NCBI GenBank assembly: GCA_965247115.1 | Contig: CBDFGR010000002.1 | Location: 1,088,001 to 1,152,000, forward strand | Direction: 5' to 3' | Source: Myxococcota bacterium | GTDB taxonomy: Bacteria > Myxococcota_A > UBA9160 > SZUA-336 | DNA: 64,000 bases | Shown here: positions 35,914 to 45,555 of the stretch, one piece after another | Layout: each line of letters opens with the position of its first letter | Position numbering within the stretch: the first letter of the stretch is position 1 | Made by a program: the position numbers and the translations under genes | Notes under the pieces: generated by a model | Seen by the model: only the letters and a program-made list of their open reading frames with translations | Told to the model about the DNA's origin: nothing | Database searches by the model: none

Positions 35914-37596
35914 TCAATCAGCAGTCGGACTCTCGGGATGCGGGACCCTCGATACTGCAGGAAAGTCAGGCCACCAGCCATGGTAGGCAGCGACAAGTGA
36001 GATGTCCGGTAGCATCTCGTAGTCTTCTCCGTCGATGCAGCCGAGAATCACCCGGAAGGTGTTGACAGGAGAAATTCGGTCATAGAGTCGAGATCTGCAG
36101 GCGCCGGGCAGGCGAATACTGTTCAGAATCCCGAACACTTCCAGGACATCGTCAGAAGTCCATTCGGCCGCTGGACGCTCTCGCATCTTGTTGATCATCG
36201 TAGTCCCGTGATCTCCTTGAACGACGATGATCGCCTTCGGGTCGACCTCGATTATGGCGTCAATCGCATCACGAAGCTGAGCTTCCATGCACGGGACCTG
36301 CTCACGATAGGCGATCTCCAGGGCGGACCGAGTCGGTTTTGGAGTGCGCCCGTATATGCGTAGCGGGTGCTGATAGTCGCATTGGCTATCGAATGCCAGG
36401 TTGTGGACACCCATGAAGTGGACGAACCAAAAGAAGGGCCACTCGTCCTCACCCGGGATGTCCCCCACAACATCGCGAGGCTGATAGGAATGAAAGAACG
36501 CGATCGTTCCATCCCGCAAATCAGGCAAATGGTCATCGGGTCCCGTTTCTGTCCAATCGGGCTCGAACCGATCTAGAAGCCAGAGAATCGGAGTCGCCTT
36601 GACCAATCCGAGCTCCTGCATCGTTACGAGGCGGCTTCGCTTGCGGATACATCTATCCTCGTACCCGCCGCACTCAGTTGCGGGCAGAAACCCGTTGGTG
36701 GTGTGCAGGATTTTGTAGCCTCGGGCTCGAAAGGCGGCTGTCACCGGGCTGTTTCCTCTGAGCAGGGCCCCGCCATCTGCCGTGGTGTTGTATATGGCTT
36801 CGGGGCCCTCCTCTACGATGAAGTCCATGTTGAGTGTGCTGGAAATCGAGTAGGCCGTGACCGGGAAGTTGGAGTAGCTCTCATCAGCGACGAAGAAGCC
36901 ATTTGACTCGAGATAGTCGATGAACTCGGAGTAGTCTGACTCGTAGAACTTCTGAAAGGCGTCGTTGCGCACGAGCGAGTCAACAGTCAGATGGTAAACG
37001 TTAGGCCTTGATTCGGGGAGATTGCTGGGCTGGATGAGGGGCTGGCCGCGCCATGGCTTGTAGGTTCCCCTGGCCAAATGCCCTGGCATCTCTGGCAGCT
37101 CAGGGCCGGCGCGCTGAGCCACCGCGGAGGCAACGACAGATACACTCATAAGCAGGAGAACCGCCGGAAGGATTCTACGAATCATCGCGAACCGGGGCAC
37201 GAAGTAGAACGCGATGCAGAGGACGAGCGTGACCACACCCCAGGAGACGATCTTGCCGTGGTCCCACTCCTGCGGAAGCACACCGACCAGGCTGTGGTAG
37301 TTGAAGAACATCAGCGCAAGCGCTGCGGTCGCGTATAGGCACTTCACTGTCGACCGGAACAGCGTAAGTGCGAGGATGGCAACGTAGAGCGGAAGCGAAG
37401 CGAAGAGGCTGAAGACGAAAGCGGCGAGGAAACGCGGATTGTCTATGTACTCGGCGTCTGCATAGTTAAACGCCCAGAGATTGCAGAAGGGCCATGCGAG
37501 GGCCAGCACCAGGACAGCCACTCCGCCGAGGATCTGGCTTCCGCGTCCAGGTCTGCCGCCTGGGACACCTGGCTGTCCTCCTTCTGCTATCGTCAT
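35914..37596 (-). CDS. Membrane-anchored alkaline-phosphatase-superfamily (sulfatase/LtaS-like) protein
   Basis: About 5 N-terminal TM helices; RPNVYHLTVDS, SNFPVTAYSISS (Thr nucleophile position, no CxPxR), VHFMGVH, QGDHG. Confidence 0.78.
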   Translation of the reverse strand: MTIAEGGQPGVPGGRPGRGSQILGGVAVLVLALAWPFCNLWAFNYADAEYIDNPRFLAAFVFSLFASLPLYVAILALTLFRSTVKCLYATAALALMFFNYHSLVGVLPQEWDHGKIVSWGVVTLVLCIAFYFVPRFAMIRRILPAVLLLMSVSVVASAVAQRAGPELPEMPGHLARGTYKPWRGQPLIQPSNLPESRPNVYHLTVDSLVRNDAFQKFYESDYSEFIDYLESNGFFVADESYSNFPVTAYSISSTLNMDFIVEEGPEAIYNTTADGGALLRGNSPVTAAFRARGYKILHTTNGFLPATECGGYEDRCIRKRSRLVTMQELGLVKATPILWLLDRFEPDWTETGPDDHLPDLRDGTIAFFHSYQPRDVVGDIPGEDEWPFFWFVHFMGVHNLAFDSQCDYQHPLRIYGRTPKPTRSALEIAYREQVPCMEAQLRDAIDAIIEVDPKAIIVVQGDHGTTMINKMRERPAAEWTSDDVLEVFGILNSIRLPGACRSRLYDRISPVNTFRVILGCIDGEDYEMLPDISLVAAYHGWWPDFPAVSRVPHPESPTAD

Positions 37597-37718
37597 CTCC
37601 TACTCAGCCGTCGGTTCGCTCAAGCAGGCCCCCTCGTATCGATTCAGCGACTAGGCGCTACCGTAGTGTATCATGATCACGAGCACTGGCTGCGTTCGTG
37701 CGCCAAGGAGACGTTTCG

Positions 37719-38054
37719 ATGACAAAGTATGTTGTTCTTGTCGGCCTCGTGTATTTCGCCTTGTTCCTGGTCCCCAGCGCGAACGCTGGGCTGCTGGTTC
37801 AGGACGGCCAGGTCACCATGGTGTCGAACACCACCGGAAACCAGTCCCAGTACAAGGTCGATGTCGTCGGAGGGACTGGCTTGTGCGCGGATACCACTCT
37901 CATCTTCAATGAGGCAAGGGCCGGAGATCATGAGGTCTTCAAGCGCGGTTTCGCCGTCGCTCTCACGGCGCTGGCAACGCGATTGCCGGTGACGGTCTAT
38001 TCCTATGACGACGATAACTGTTACAGCTCCGCCTACATTCACATCCGGGACTGA
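37719..38054 (+). CDS. Small secreted protein (recalls DUF5992-like proteins)
   Basis: RBS AAGGAG, signal peptide ending SANA-G, two Cys. Confidence 0.6.
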   Translation: MTKYVVLVGLVYFALFLVPSANAGLLVQDGQVTMVSNTTGNQSQYKVDVVGGTGLCADTTLIFNEARAGDHEVFKRGFAVALTALATRLPVTVYSYDDDNCYSSAYIHIRD

Positions 38055-38122
38055 GTCGGCGCTCCTAGGGCACCTCTCGCAGAGAGTCTGACGCCCTGAA
38101 GGCCTTCCTCGGCTCCAGAGGA

Positions 38123-39481
38123 ATGGGGATCACCGGGCCAGCAACCTACGCTCAGTGGCAGAGCCGGATCTTCGCGGTCTCTTGGGCAACATACTTCGCC
38201 TACTACCTGTGCCGACTGAACATGACGGTGGCGAGCACTCCTCTTCGAGAGACCTTCTCGTGGAGTGCTGCGGACCTCGGAAAGGTCTTCTCATCGCTGA
38301 CCCTCTTCTACGCCATCGGTCAATTCGTGAACGGTCAGCTCGGAGACCGATTCGGCGCTCGTATCATCACTTCCCTTGGAATTCTCGGTTCCATCGGGAT
38401 GAACTGCGCCGTCTTCGTCCTCAGCAGGTACGCGCCTCCAGACGTAGGCCCAGGAGGAGCGAGTTTGACCCTGCTCATCTGCTTCTGGGGTGCCAACGGG
38501 TTCTTTCAAGCGATGGGGTGGGCACCACTCGTAAAGGTGATGGCGAACTGGTTCCCGCTCCTCGGTCGCGGGAGGGTAATGGGATGGTTTGGTACCTCCT
38601 ATCAGCTTGGAGCGGCGGCCGCCGTGGCGCTCGCAACGTTTCTCACTGGCTACTACGCCCATGAGCTCAGTGGCGATTGGCGAATGGTCTTCCTTGTTCC
38701 TTCCGGCATCTTTGCGCTCGTCGGAGTGCTGTTCTTCTTGTTTGTAAGGGATTCTCCCGCTGACCTTGGAGTCGTAGATCCGAGCAGCACCGCCGCGAGC
38801 GAGATGCGAATCGAGCCACGGCCCATACTTCACAACATCCTTGCGACGGTCCGGGATCCGAAGCTGCTGATCATTGCGAGTGCGTTCTTTCTGCTCGACG
38901 TCAATCGCTACGGGTTCGTAAACTGGATGCCGGCGTTCCTCGATGATTCATCGCCCAGCAATTCCAGCCCATTGCTTGCAAACGTCGAGAAGGCCATCAA
39001 GCTTGTCATCCATCCTCTCGCCGGTTCCGTCGGAGCTATCGTCGCAGGCTGGGCCACGGATCGGTTCTTCGGGGGACGACGCGCGCCCGTCGTCGCGATC
39101 CTGCTGGTTGGACTGGGGATCTTCTCCTTCGCGTTCGTCTCCGTCGATCCCAACGACACGTTCTGGGTCGTCAGCATCGTTGCCATGGTGGGATTCTGTA
39201 CCTACGGGCCACACATCCTCATGGTCGGACATGCAGCGCAAGACTTTGGTCGTGAGCAGGGATCTGCTAGCGCGGCGGGGTTCATCGACTGCATGGGATA
39301 TATCGGGGCGACGCTCGCTGGCTGGGGCGCGGGGATCCTCATCGAGCGCGTGGGGTACGCCGTGACCTTTCAGACGTTCGGCTACGCTGCAATTGCCGGG
39401 GCCGCCCTGATCAGTTTGCTGTGGCGTACCAGGCCGGTCGCAACACGGCCCCACCAATCGATACGAGTTGGTGTCCGCTGA
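38123..39481 (+). CDS. MFS transporter, GlpT/UhpT organophosphate:Pi antiporter family
   Basis: YFAYYLCRLN, YAIGQFVNGQLGDRFGAR, NGFFQAMGW, NRYGFVNWMP, SAAGFID..GYIG. Confidence 0.85.
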   Translation: MGITGPATYAQWQSRIFAVSWATYFAYYLCRLNMTVASTPLRETFSWSAADLGKVFSSLTLFYAIGQFVNGQLGDRFGARIITSLGILGSIGMNCAVFVLSRYAPPDVGPGGASLTLLICFWGANGFFQAMGWAPLVKVMANWFPLLGRGRVMGWFGTSYQLGAAAAVALATFLTGYYAHELSGDWRMVFLVPSGIFALVGVLFFLFVRDSPADLGVVDPSSTAASEMRIEPRPILHNILATVRDPKLLIIASAFFLLDVNRYGFVNWMPAFLDDSSPSNSSPLLANVEKAIKLVIHPLAGSVGAIVAGWATDRFFGGRRAPVVAILLVGLGIFSFAFVSVDPNDTFWVVSIVAMVGFCTYGPHILMVGHAAQDFGREQGSASAAGFIDCMGYIGATLAGWGAGILIERVGYAVTFQTFGYAAIAGAALISLLWRTRPVATRPHQSIRVGVR

Positions 39482-39488
39482 GCACGAC

Positions 39489-40640
39489 TCAAGCTCGTGG
39501 CGGAGCCAAGTTTTCAAAGGCCTCGATCAGTAGCTGACGCGCTCCGGCTTCGTCGATCGTCGCGAGATTGTTCCCTGCCCGCTCCGGTGCGATAAGCCGC
39601 CCCTTGAGTCCAGCAAGAGCGCCTCGGTCGGGAACGTGAGCTCTTACCAGCCCTGCGAGATCGGCTATCTGGAAGAGTCCGTCCAAGCGCTCGAGCGCCC
39701 GCTCCAGGCTCTCGCAGCCAAGGGACTCGATGACGAGACAGGTACGTTCGGCCGCGACGGAGTGGTTCAGGCGGAGGACCTGCGGCAGTGTGAAGCTGAC
39801 GGCCAGCCCGTGCGGCAAACCGAGCTCGGAAGTAATCGGATAGGAGATCGAGTGCGCGAGGGCGGTGCGGGTGTTGCTGATGGCCACTCCCGCAAAGTGA
39901 CTGGCGAGCTGGAGGGTCTCCCGGACCTCGAGGTTGCCCGGAGTCTGGAGCACGAGCTCCAATGCGTCCGGGATCCGGCTGATGGCATTTACGGCGAACA
40001 GGTCGGACACGGAGCTGGCATTCCGATTCCAGATTGACTCCATGGCGTGCGAGAGCGCGTCGAGAGCGCTCGCGATCGTGGCCTCTCTGGGGAGCGAGAC
40101 CGTCAGCTCGGGGTCCAGGATAGCCAGGTCGGGGAATAGTCCGGGATGAGTGAGGGAACACTTAGCCCCCGTATGTTCGTCCCAGAGCGTCGCAAAGGGT
40201 GTAACTTCGCTGCCCGTCCCCGCCGTGGTCGGGACCGCGATGAGCGGGCCCAGATCCAGTCCCTCAGCAAGTGGTCGACCGTCGCGAAGGTGGGCCTCGA
40301 AGTCCTCCTCGGAAACCTCGGGGGCCCTCAGAACTGTCACCGCCTTAGCCGTATCAATCGCGCTTCCGCCACCCACTGCGAGCAGAACGGGTCCCGGCCT
40401 TTCCTTCTCCAGCTCCCGCGCGGCGGCGAGACAGTCGTGAATGGTCGGGTTGGGTGATACTCCGGTGTACACATTTCGCAGCCGGGTCCCGAGTAGACGC
40501 TCGACCCGTTCCAACGTACCGCGGCGCAGCGCCCCTGCCGTCATCACAGCTACGGCGTCCCGTCCACCGAGCAGCTCCGGCAGCGCTCTCAGTGACGAGC
40601 GGCCGGTAACCAGCCTAACCGGATTTCGAAACTCTCTCAC
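39489..40640 (-). CDS. Iron-containing alcohol dehydrogenase; phosphonoacetaldehyde reductase (makes 2-hydroxyethylphosphonate)
   Basis: VGGGSAIDTAK, PTTAGTGSEVT, DALSHAMES, AHSISYP, PHG; co-transcribed with pepM/ppd/mpnS. Confidence 0.85.
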   Translation of the reverse strand: MREFRNPVRLVTGRSSLRALPELLGGRDAVAVMTAGALRRGTLERVERLLGTRLRNVYTGVSPNPTIHDCLAAARELEKERPGPVLLAVGGGSAIDTAKAVTVLRAPEVSEEDFEAHLRDGRPLAEGLDLGPLIAVPTTAGTGSEVTPFATLWDEHTGAKCSLTHPGLFPDLAILDPELTVSLPREATIASALDALSHAMESIWNRNASSVSDLFAVNAISRIPDALELVLQTPGNLEVRETLQLASHFAGVAISNTRTALAHSISYPITSELGLPHGLAVSFTLPQVLRLNHSVAAERTCLVIESLGCESLERALERLDGLFQIADLAGLVRAHVPDRGALAGLKGRLIAPERAGNNLATIDEAGARQLLIEAFENLAPPRA

Positions 40641-42004
40641 GGCTCATCGATGCGATTGCGTCCTGCGGGATCGAACCACTGGACCGTTTCCGCGGCAACG
40701 CGTTCACGGCCCGCGGCATCGATCCGCGAGAGCTCTCGCATGGGGTCCCCAGCCATCCGACCTCCGACTCGCAGCGTGAGAACGGTCGCGCCATCGCCCG
40801 CGAAGGCGTGAGGGACGAACGGCTTCATGCAGAATGAGTCCCCGGGATGAAGCCGCTCGGAGAAGGCCTGGCTCTCGATTGTCCAATGCACTTCCAGCGG
40901 CCGATCGCCAACTACATAGCCGTATTGGTGCAGGCCGGCTCTCAGATCGAGCTCACGGAGTTCTGAGTCCAGAACGTTGACCTCCAGCGACTTCGAGTGA
41001 GCAAGGTGATGCGTGGAGGCTAGCTCGACCATCCGATATCGAGAGATTCCGTCGGGATAGGTCCAGGACGGGCATTCAGCATAGTGGCGGACTACCACGG
41101 GCTCCTCGACCTCGTTCGGCGGATGGAGCTCTCGCGAGTCCACGCCCAGAGCAGCCGCGAGGGCGTTCAGCTCTGCCCGGGTGGCAGCGCGAACGCCGGC
41201 GCGCAACTCTCCGAGACGTGTCGCAGAAATGGCAGAGCGCCGCTGCAGCTCCTCATGACTCATGGACAACGCCTCTCGGTGAAACTCCAGCAGGCGGGCG
41301 GCCGCCCGCTCGGGGGCGCTGAGATCGAGGACGTACGCCTCACGCTGCTCGACTCCGAGAGTTGAGAGCTCTTGGCGAGCATCCCCGGCGAGCTTGTCCC
41401 CGTAGGTCAGGGCCAGTATGCAGCCGGGCTCGCGAGCCTTGGTTGAGCGCACAGCGAAGCTGTGAGGAACGAAGGGCGTGATGTACATCGAATCGCCCGT
41501 GTTCATCACCGCCACCTGTTTCTGGCCATCCCGCCCCCGATGGTAGAAATTGACCGGGCCCACGAAGTAGGTGAACTGGTGCATGAAGTGGCCGTTATTC
41601 CACTGGATTGCTTGGTCCTCTGGGTCATCAGTCGTGACCTCGCAGAGCTCCTTGATCCACTCTGGCCGGAACGGGGCTACCGCGCTCATGGCTGTGTCAC
41701 GATATTCGTAGTAGGGCTTCCCGGCACGATCCATCACCCGGGCCGACTCGACCGACTCCGAAGCGCGCATGACGCGTAGGCCTTTCGGATTGTCGTCTAG
41801 CATCGGGAGGAAGTCCCGTAGGCTCATCGGCCAGATCTCCACTGCCCGCAAAACCAATTCGAAGGGGATCTCAACCCGCTCTTCAAGTAGGTCCTGCATC
41901 TCGGCCTCGGAGACTCCGAGCTCCAGGGCCGCGTCGGCCGGTCGACGCTTGAGGTCGTTCAGAATGCCTCGCAGGTGGTGTCCGGTCATGATCCGCTCAG
42001 ACAT
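40637..42004 (-). CDS. mpnS: Methylphosphonate synthase
   Basis: ILNDLKRRP, PYYEYRDTAMS..APFRPEWI.ELC, QWNNGHFMHQFTYF.G.VNF..MNTGDSMYITPF.PH (His-x3-Gln..His triad with Phe and Ile at MPnS spacing), duplicated HTH-cupin, ET.QWFDP; RBS GGAGGAG. Confidence 0.9.
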   Translation of the reverse strand: MSERIMTGHHLRGILNDLKRRPADAALELGVSEAEMQDLLEERVEIPFELVLRAVEIWPMSLRDFLPMLDDNPKGLRVMRASESVESARVMDRAGKPYYEYRDTAMSAVAPFRPEWIKELCEVTTDDPEDQAIQWNNGHFMHQFTYFVGPVNFYHRGRDGQKQVAVMNTGDSMYITPFVPHSFAVRSTKAREPGCILALTYGDKLAGDARQELSTLGVEQREAYVLDLSAPERAAARLLEFHREALSMSHEELQRRSAISATRLGELRAGVRAATRAELNALAAALGVDSRELHPPNEVEEPVVVRHYAECPSWTYPDGISRYRMVELASTHHLAHSKSLEVNVLDSELRELDLRAGLHQYGYVVGDRPLEVHWTIESQAFSERLHPGDSFCMKPFVPHAFAGDGATVLTLRVGGRMAGDPMRELSRIDAAGRERVAAETVQWFDPAGRNRIDEP

Positions 42005-42740
42005 CGTCTCCTCCAGCGTTTCGGTAGTCCTCCAGCGTGTCGATCTCGGCCCACCCACCCCTTATGGGAAAGGTTCGAACGACTTGCCCAGAATCGATGA
42101 GCTCCTGGAACATGTCGGTCAAGTACGCCTTCCGGAACGTCGCCGCTTGCTGGAAGGGTCGATCCAACCCCTGGGCCTCGATCTCGTGGAAGGTCCGAAC
42201 GAGAACCTCTAGCCCTGCGCGCTCGATCTTGCAAAGCCCGATGAACTCGGAGTCTGATTCTGCCGGACTGAGGTGCTTGCCTATGCGCACGACGCAACCG
42301 TTCTCGCTAACGATGTTCTCAGCCTCCTCGACAGGGTGGTCGAGGCGACCGACATAGCCAGAGCGCCAGTCGAAGTCTGCGACGACACAGAAGGGTCCGT
42401 CGTTGCGCACCAGGCCCTGAGCAACCTCTGGCTCATAGACGATATCGGAGTAGCTGACCACCAAGTCATCATCGAACTCGGACTCCGCGTAGAACAGGGA
42501 GTGAAGGATATTGTTGTTCAGATAGTCCGGGTTCAGATAGGACCGAGTTCCAGGAACATGTAGCTTCTCAGCGCGATGTCCCTTGACGATAGCGATCTCC
42601 TCGATGCCGGCTGCACGCAGCGCGCGGATCTGATACTCGATGATGGCCTTCCCACGGACGCGCAGCGTACACTTTGGTCGCTCCAGCGTGAGTGGCGCCA
42701 GCCGACTCCCTGGCCCGGCCGCGACGATGATTCCCTTCAC
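41997..42740 (-). CDS. Phosphonate/phosphocholine cytidylyltransferase (PntC/LicC-like)
   Basis: IIVAAGPGSRL.PLT.ERPKC, NPDY..NNILHSL, SYSDIVY, WAEIDT.EDY. Confidence 0.85.
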   Translation of the reverse strand: MKGIIVAAGPGSRLAPLTLERPKCTLRVRGKAIIEYQIRALRAAGIEEIAIVKGHRAEKLHVPGTRSYLNPDYLNNNILHSLFYAESEFDDDLVVSYSDIVYEPEVAQGLVRNDGPFCVVADFDWRSGYVGRLDHPVEEAENIVSENGCVVRIGKHLSPAESDSEFIGLCKIERAGLEVLVRTFHEIEAQGLDRPFQQAATFRKAYLTDMFQELIDSGQVVRTFPIRGGWAEIDTLEDYRNAGGDDV

Positions 42741-43900
42741 GTCTCTGCCAGCCAGCTCATGAAGAGCTCCTTGACCTGCGGCGGAGCGAGCTTTGGTCGG
42801 CCGAGGTTAGGAATCGAGCCGGGTGCGACTTTGACATGGATCAGGTTTGGACCGGACATCTCACGGGCTTCGCGGACGTGGAGTGCGAGCGAGCCTATGG
42901 AGTCCACGCGCCAGACATGTCGATAGCCGCAACCCGCCGCGACCGTGGCAAAGTCGACGGTCGGGGAAACTGTGGGCTGCCCACCGGTGGAGTCGTGGAC
43001 CTCGTTGTCAATCACGACGTGCGTCAGGCCCGAGGGCCCATAGTGCCCGATGGTTCCTAGCACTCCCAGCTTCATGAGAGAGGCACCATCACCGTCCAGG
43101 ACGACGACGCGGCGTAGTCGTCCCACTCGCCGGCTCGCCTCGTGCAGGCCGAGACCAATCGCCGACGCGCAGCCCATGGACCCGACCACGTAGAGCTGAT
43201 TCGGTCGATGCCCAAGCGTGAAGAGTTCGCGGCCTATTTTGCCGGTTGTAGCAATCAACGCCTCATCGCCCTCCAGCGCACCACGAATCGTCCTGATCGC
43301 TTCGATTCTGGGCATCCGTTCCGGACCCGCGAGCTCAAACACGCCTACGGGGATGGCCTGGGCTCCCACCGACACGGGGGTAGCGGGAAGTGCGCGAGCG
43401 TCATGCAACGCCCCGTGCTTCACGATGAACGCGAACGGCCGACTAGAGGCATCGATCGCCTTCTCTGCCCGCTCCAGCGCTGGCTCAATCTCAGAGACCT
43501 GATCCGGGAACACCTCCCAGGGGACGTGGACGACCTCCAGCAACCGCTCGATGATTCTCCCCATAAGCTCGTGCTGCGGCTCATCGTCCAAACCGGGAGC
43601 GCCACGGTGGCTCACGAGAAGCAACGTAGGGATCCGGAACGGGTACTGAAGCGACGTCAGCGGATTGACCATGTTCCCCAGGCCGGAGTTCTGACACAAC
43701 GCGACGGACTTGCGTCCTGCGAGGTGCGCACCTGCAGCAATGCCAAGAGCCTCACCTTCGCTCGCAGCGCCGATATAGTCGAGGTCCACACCGCCACAAA
43801 CGCGGTTGATTAGCGGCGTCAGGAACGAGCACGGAACGCCAGACCAGAACGAGTACCCACGACGAAGGACTCGAACCACGAAGTCGTCGGCCTCGATCAT
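42737..43900 (-). CDS. ppd: Phosphonopyruvate decarboxylase
   Basis: [67 protein letters not shown]. Confidence 0.95.
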   Translation of the reverse strand: MIEADDFVVRVLRRGYSFWSGVPCSFLTPLINRVCGGVDLDYIGAASEGEALGIAAGAHLAGRKSVALCQNSGLGNMVNPLTSLQYPFRIPTLLLVSHRGAPGLDDEPQHELMGRIIERLLEVVHVPWEVFPDQVSEIEPALERAEKAIDASSRPFAFIVKHGALHDARALPATPVSVGAQAIPVGVFELAGPERMPRIEAIRTIRGALEGDEALIATTGKIGRELFTLGHRPNQLYVVGSMGCASAIGLGLHEASRRVGRLRRVVVLDGDGASLMKLGVLGTIGHYGPSGLTHVVIDNEVHDSTGGQPTVSPTVDFATVAAGCGYRHVWRVDSIGSLALHVREAREMSGPNLIHVKVAPGSIPNLGRPKLAPPQVKELFMSWLAET

Positions 43901-45555
43901 CGCTCCGGCCTCTGCCCGGGCCCCCTGTAGCGATCCGCTGCGATGACATCCTGCCACTCATCGATGTCGAACCAGTGCCCAACGGTGTAGAGGCCATCGA
44001 TGGAGACGCCTGAATCGAGCAAGAGGTTGAAGAGCTCGGGCATGCGCATCTCGTCGACCCGATCTCTCACGCTAGGCTCCTCGAGCGCTTGTCGGATCCG
44101 ATGAAGACCCTCGGTGGAGAGTTTCATCATCCCGATCCACTCACCGTGAATCGGCTCCTCCACCTTTCCGTCGATCGCCGCCACCACTCTCTGGAGCGAG
44201 GTTGTTAGATCGAAGTCCTCTCGCCGATAAGGGTGCGCGCAGCGAACGAACTCGCCATATCGTCGGCGGTTCTGCGATTGCTCCCAGCTCGGATCGACGG
44301 CAAGACAGATGTCCGCCTCAGACTCGAGCAAATGCATGGGGATGAACTTCTGGAATAACACGTCCCCATAGCTAACCAGCACCGGCCCTTGAATGCTCTC
44401 CAGACCGGCGCGGAGAGAGTAGACAACCTGTGCGGTGTCGTAACGATCGTTGTCGACGTATCTCAAGTCGGGGAGATCGATAGCCTCCTTCTTGTACCCA
44501 CGAACCACAGTAATATCTTCGAGTCCCAGCTCCCGGAACGTATCGACCTGTTGTGAGAGGAGAGGCTGACCGCTGATTGAGACCATCGCCTTCGGGCGAT
44601 CCTGCGTCAGCTCTCCAAGCTCGGAGCCGCGAGAGGCAGCCAGCACGAGGGCCTGAGCTGAGGTCTTCCGAGGGAGGTAGCGCTTCTCTGCCTCCCTCAG
44701 CTCCTCTGCGCCCTGGAGGCGGAAGACCTCGGAGACAGGGACGATGCGCTCCTCGATGTCGAGAAGCGTCTCCTCATCGTGGAGCTGCAGTGCAACTCGC
44801 TGCATGCTCGTCATGCTCGCGCGCATCAGGTGGTTTGCCCAGATCACCACCCGGAAGCCCGCTTTTCGGAAGACATCAGTCGGAGTGCTGTAGTACATCG
44901 TCGGAACGATGATCACCGGGGAGCGTTCGCCCCACTCGCCCTTGAAGGCCAGAACCTCATCCGGGCGACGCAGCTTGGAGTGGATCAAGATAGCGTCGGC
45001 ACCCGCACGACGATACGCCTCCGCCCGCTTGAGCGCCTCCGCGAGTCCGAGTCCGGAGATGAGAGCTTCCACTCGAGCCACGATGCAGAAGTCGTCGTTG
45101 AGCTGCGCGTCCTTTCCAGCCTTGATCTTGCCTGCGAACTCGTCGATGTCCGCGAGGGGCTGCGTTCCGCCTTCGATGAACGAGTTGGTCTTCGGATACA
45201 GCTTGTCTTCGATGCAAACACCAGCCACGTCACGCGCCTCGAGTTTGCCAACGAGCCTCCGCATGTTGTTGAAATTCCCGTACCCCGTGTCGCCGTCCAA
45301 GAGCAACGGGATCGTCGTTGCGTCCGTGATGTACTCGAGGATGTCCAGGACCTGGGTCCAGCTGAGCTCGTTGTTGTCGCGTACTCCGCAGGCTGCGGAT
45401 ATAGACAGGCCGCTCCCCCAAAGGCCCTTGAACCCAGCCTCTTCGGCGATCTTGGCGCTCAGCCCGTTATGCGCCTCCATCAGGAAGCTCAGCGAGGGGC
45501 TGGCAATGAGCTCGCGCAGTCGTGTCGCCCTCGATGCAGCGGCCAGGTCAACCAT
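43897..45555 (-). CDS. pepM: Phosphoenolpyruvate mutase fused to a C-terminal nucleotidyltransferase
   Basis: [17 protein letters not shown], diagnostic [18 protein letters not shown]-terminal [31 protein letters not shown]. Confidence 0.95.
   Translation of the reverse strand: MVDLAAASRATRLRELIASPSLSFLMEAHNGLSAKIAEEAGFKGLWGSGLSISAACGVRDNNELSWTQVLDILEYITDATTIPLLLDGDTGYGNFNNMRRLVGKLEARDVAGVCIEDKLYPKTNSFIEGGTQPLADIDEFAGKIKAGKDAQLNDDFCIVARVEALISGLGLAEALKRAEAYRRAGADAILIHSKLRRPDEVLAFKGEWGERSPVIIVPTMYYSTPTDVFRKAGFRVVIWANHLMRASMTSMQRVALQLHDEETLLDIEERIVPVSEVFRLQGAEELREAEKRYLPRKTSAQALVLAASRGSELGELTQDRPKAMVSISGQPLLSQQVDTFRELGLEDITVVRGYKKEAIDLPDLRYVDNDRYDTAQVVYSLRAGLESIQGPVLVSYGDVLFQKFIPMHLLESEADICLAVDPSWEQSQNRRRYGEFVRCAHPYRREDFDLTTSLQRVVAAIDGKVEEPIHGEWIGMMKLSTEGLHRIRQALEEPSVRDRVDEMRMPELFNLLLDSGVSIDGLYTVGHWFDIDEWQDVIAADRYRGPGQRPER

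Noticed and set aside
40637..42004. XRE-family transcriptional regulator or HEP dioxygenase
   Set aside because: The HTH-cupin duplication is the MPnS/HEPD fold, and the Gln ligand with Phe/Ile positions match MPnS
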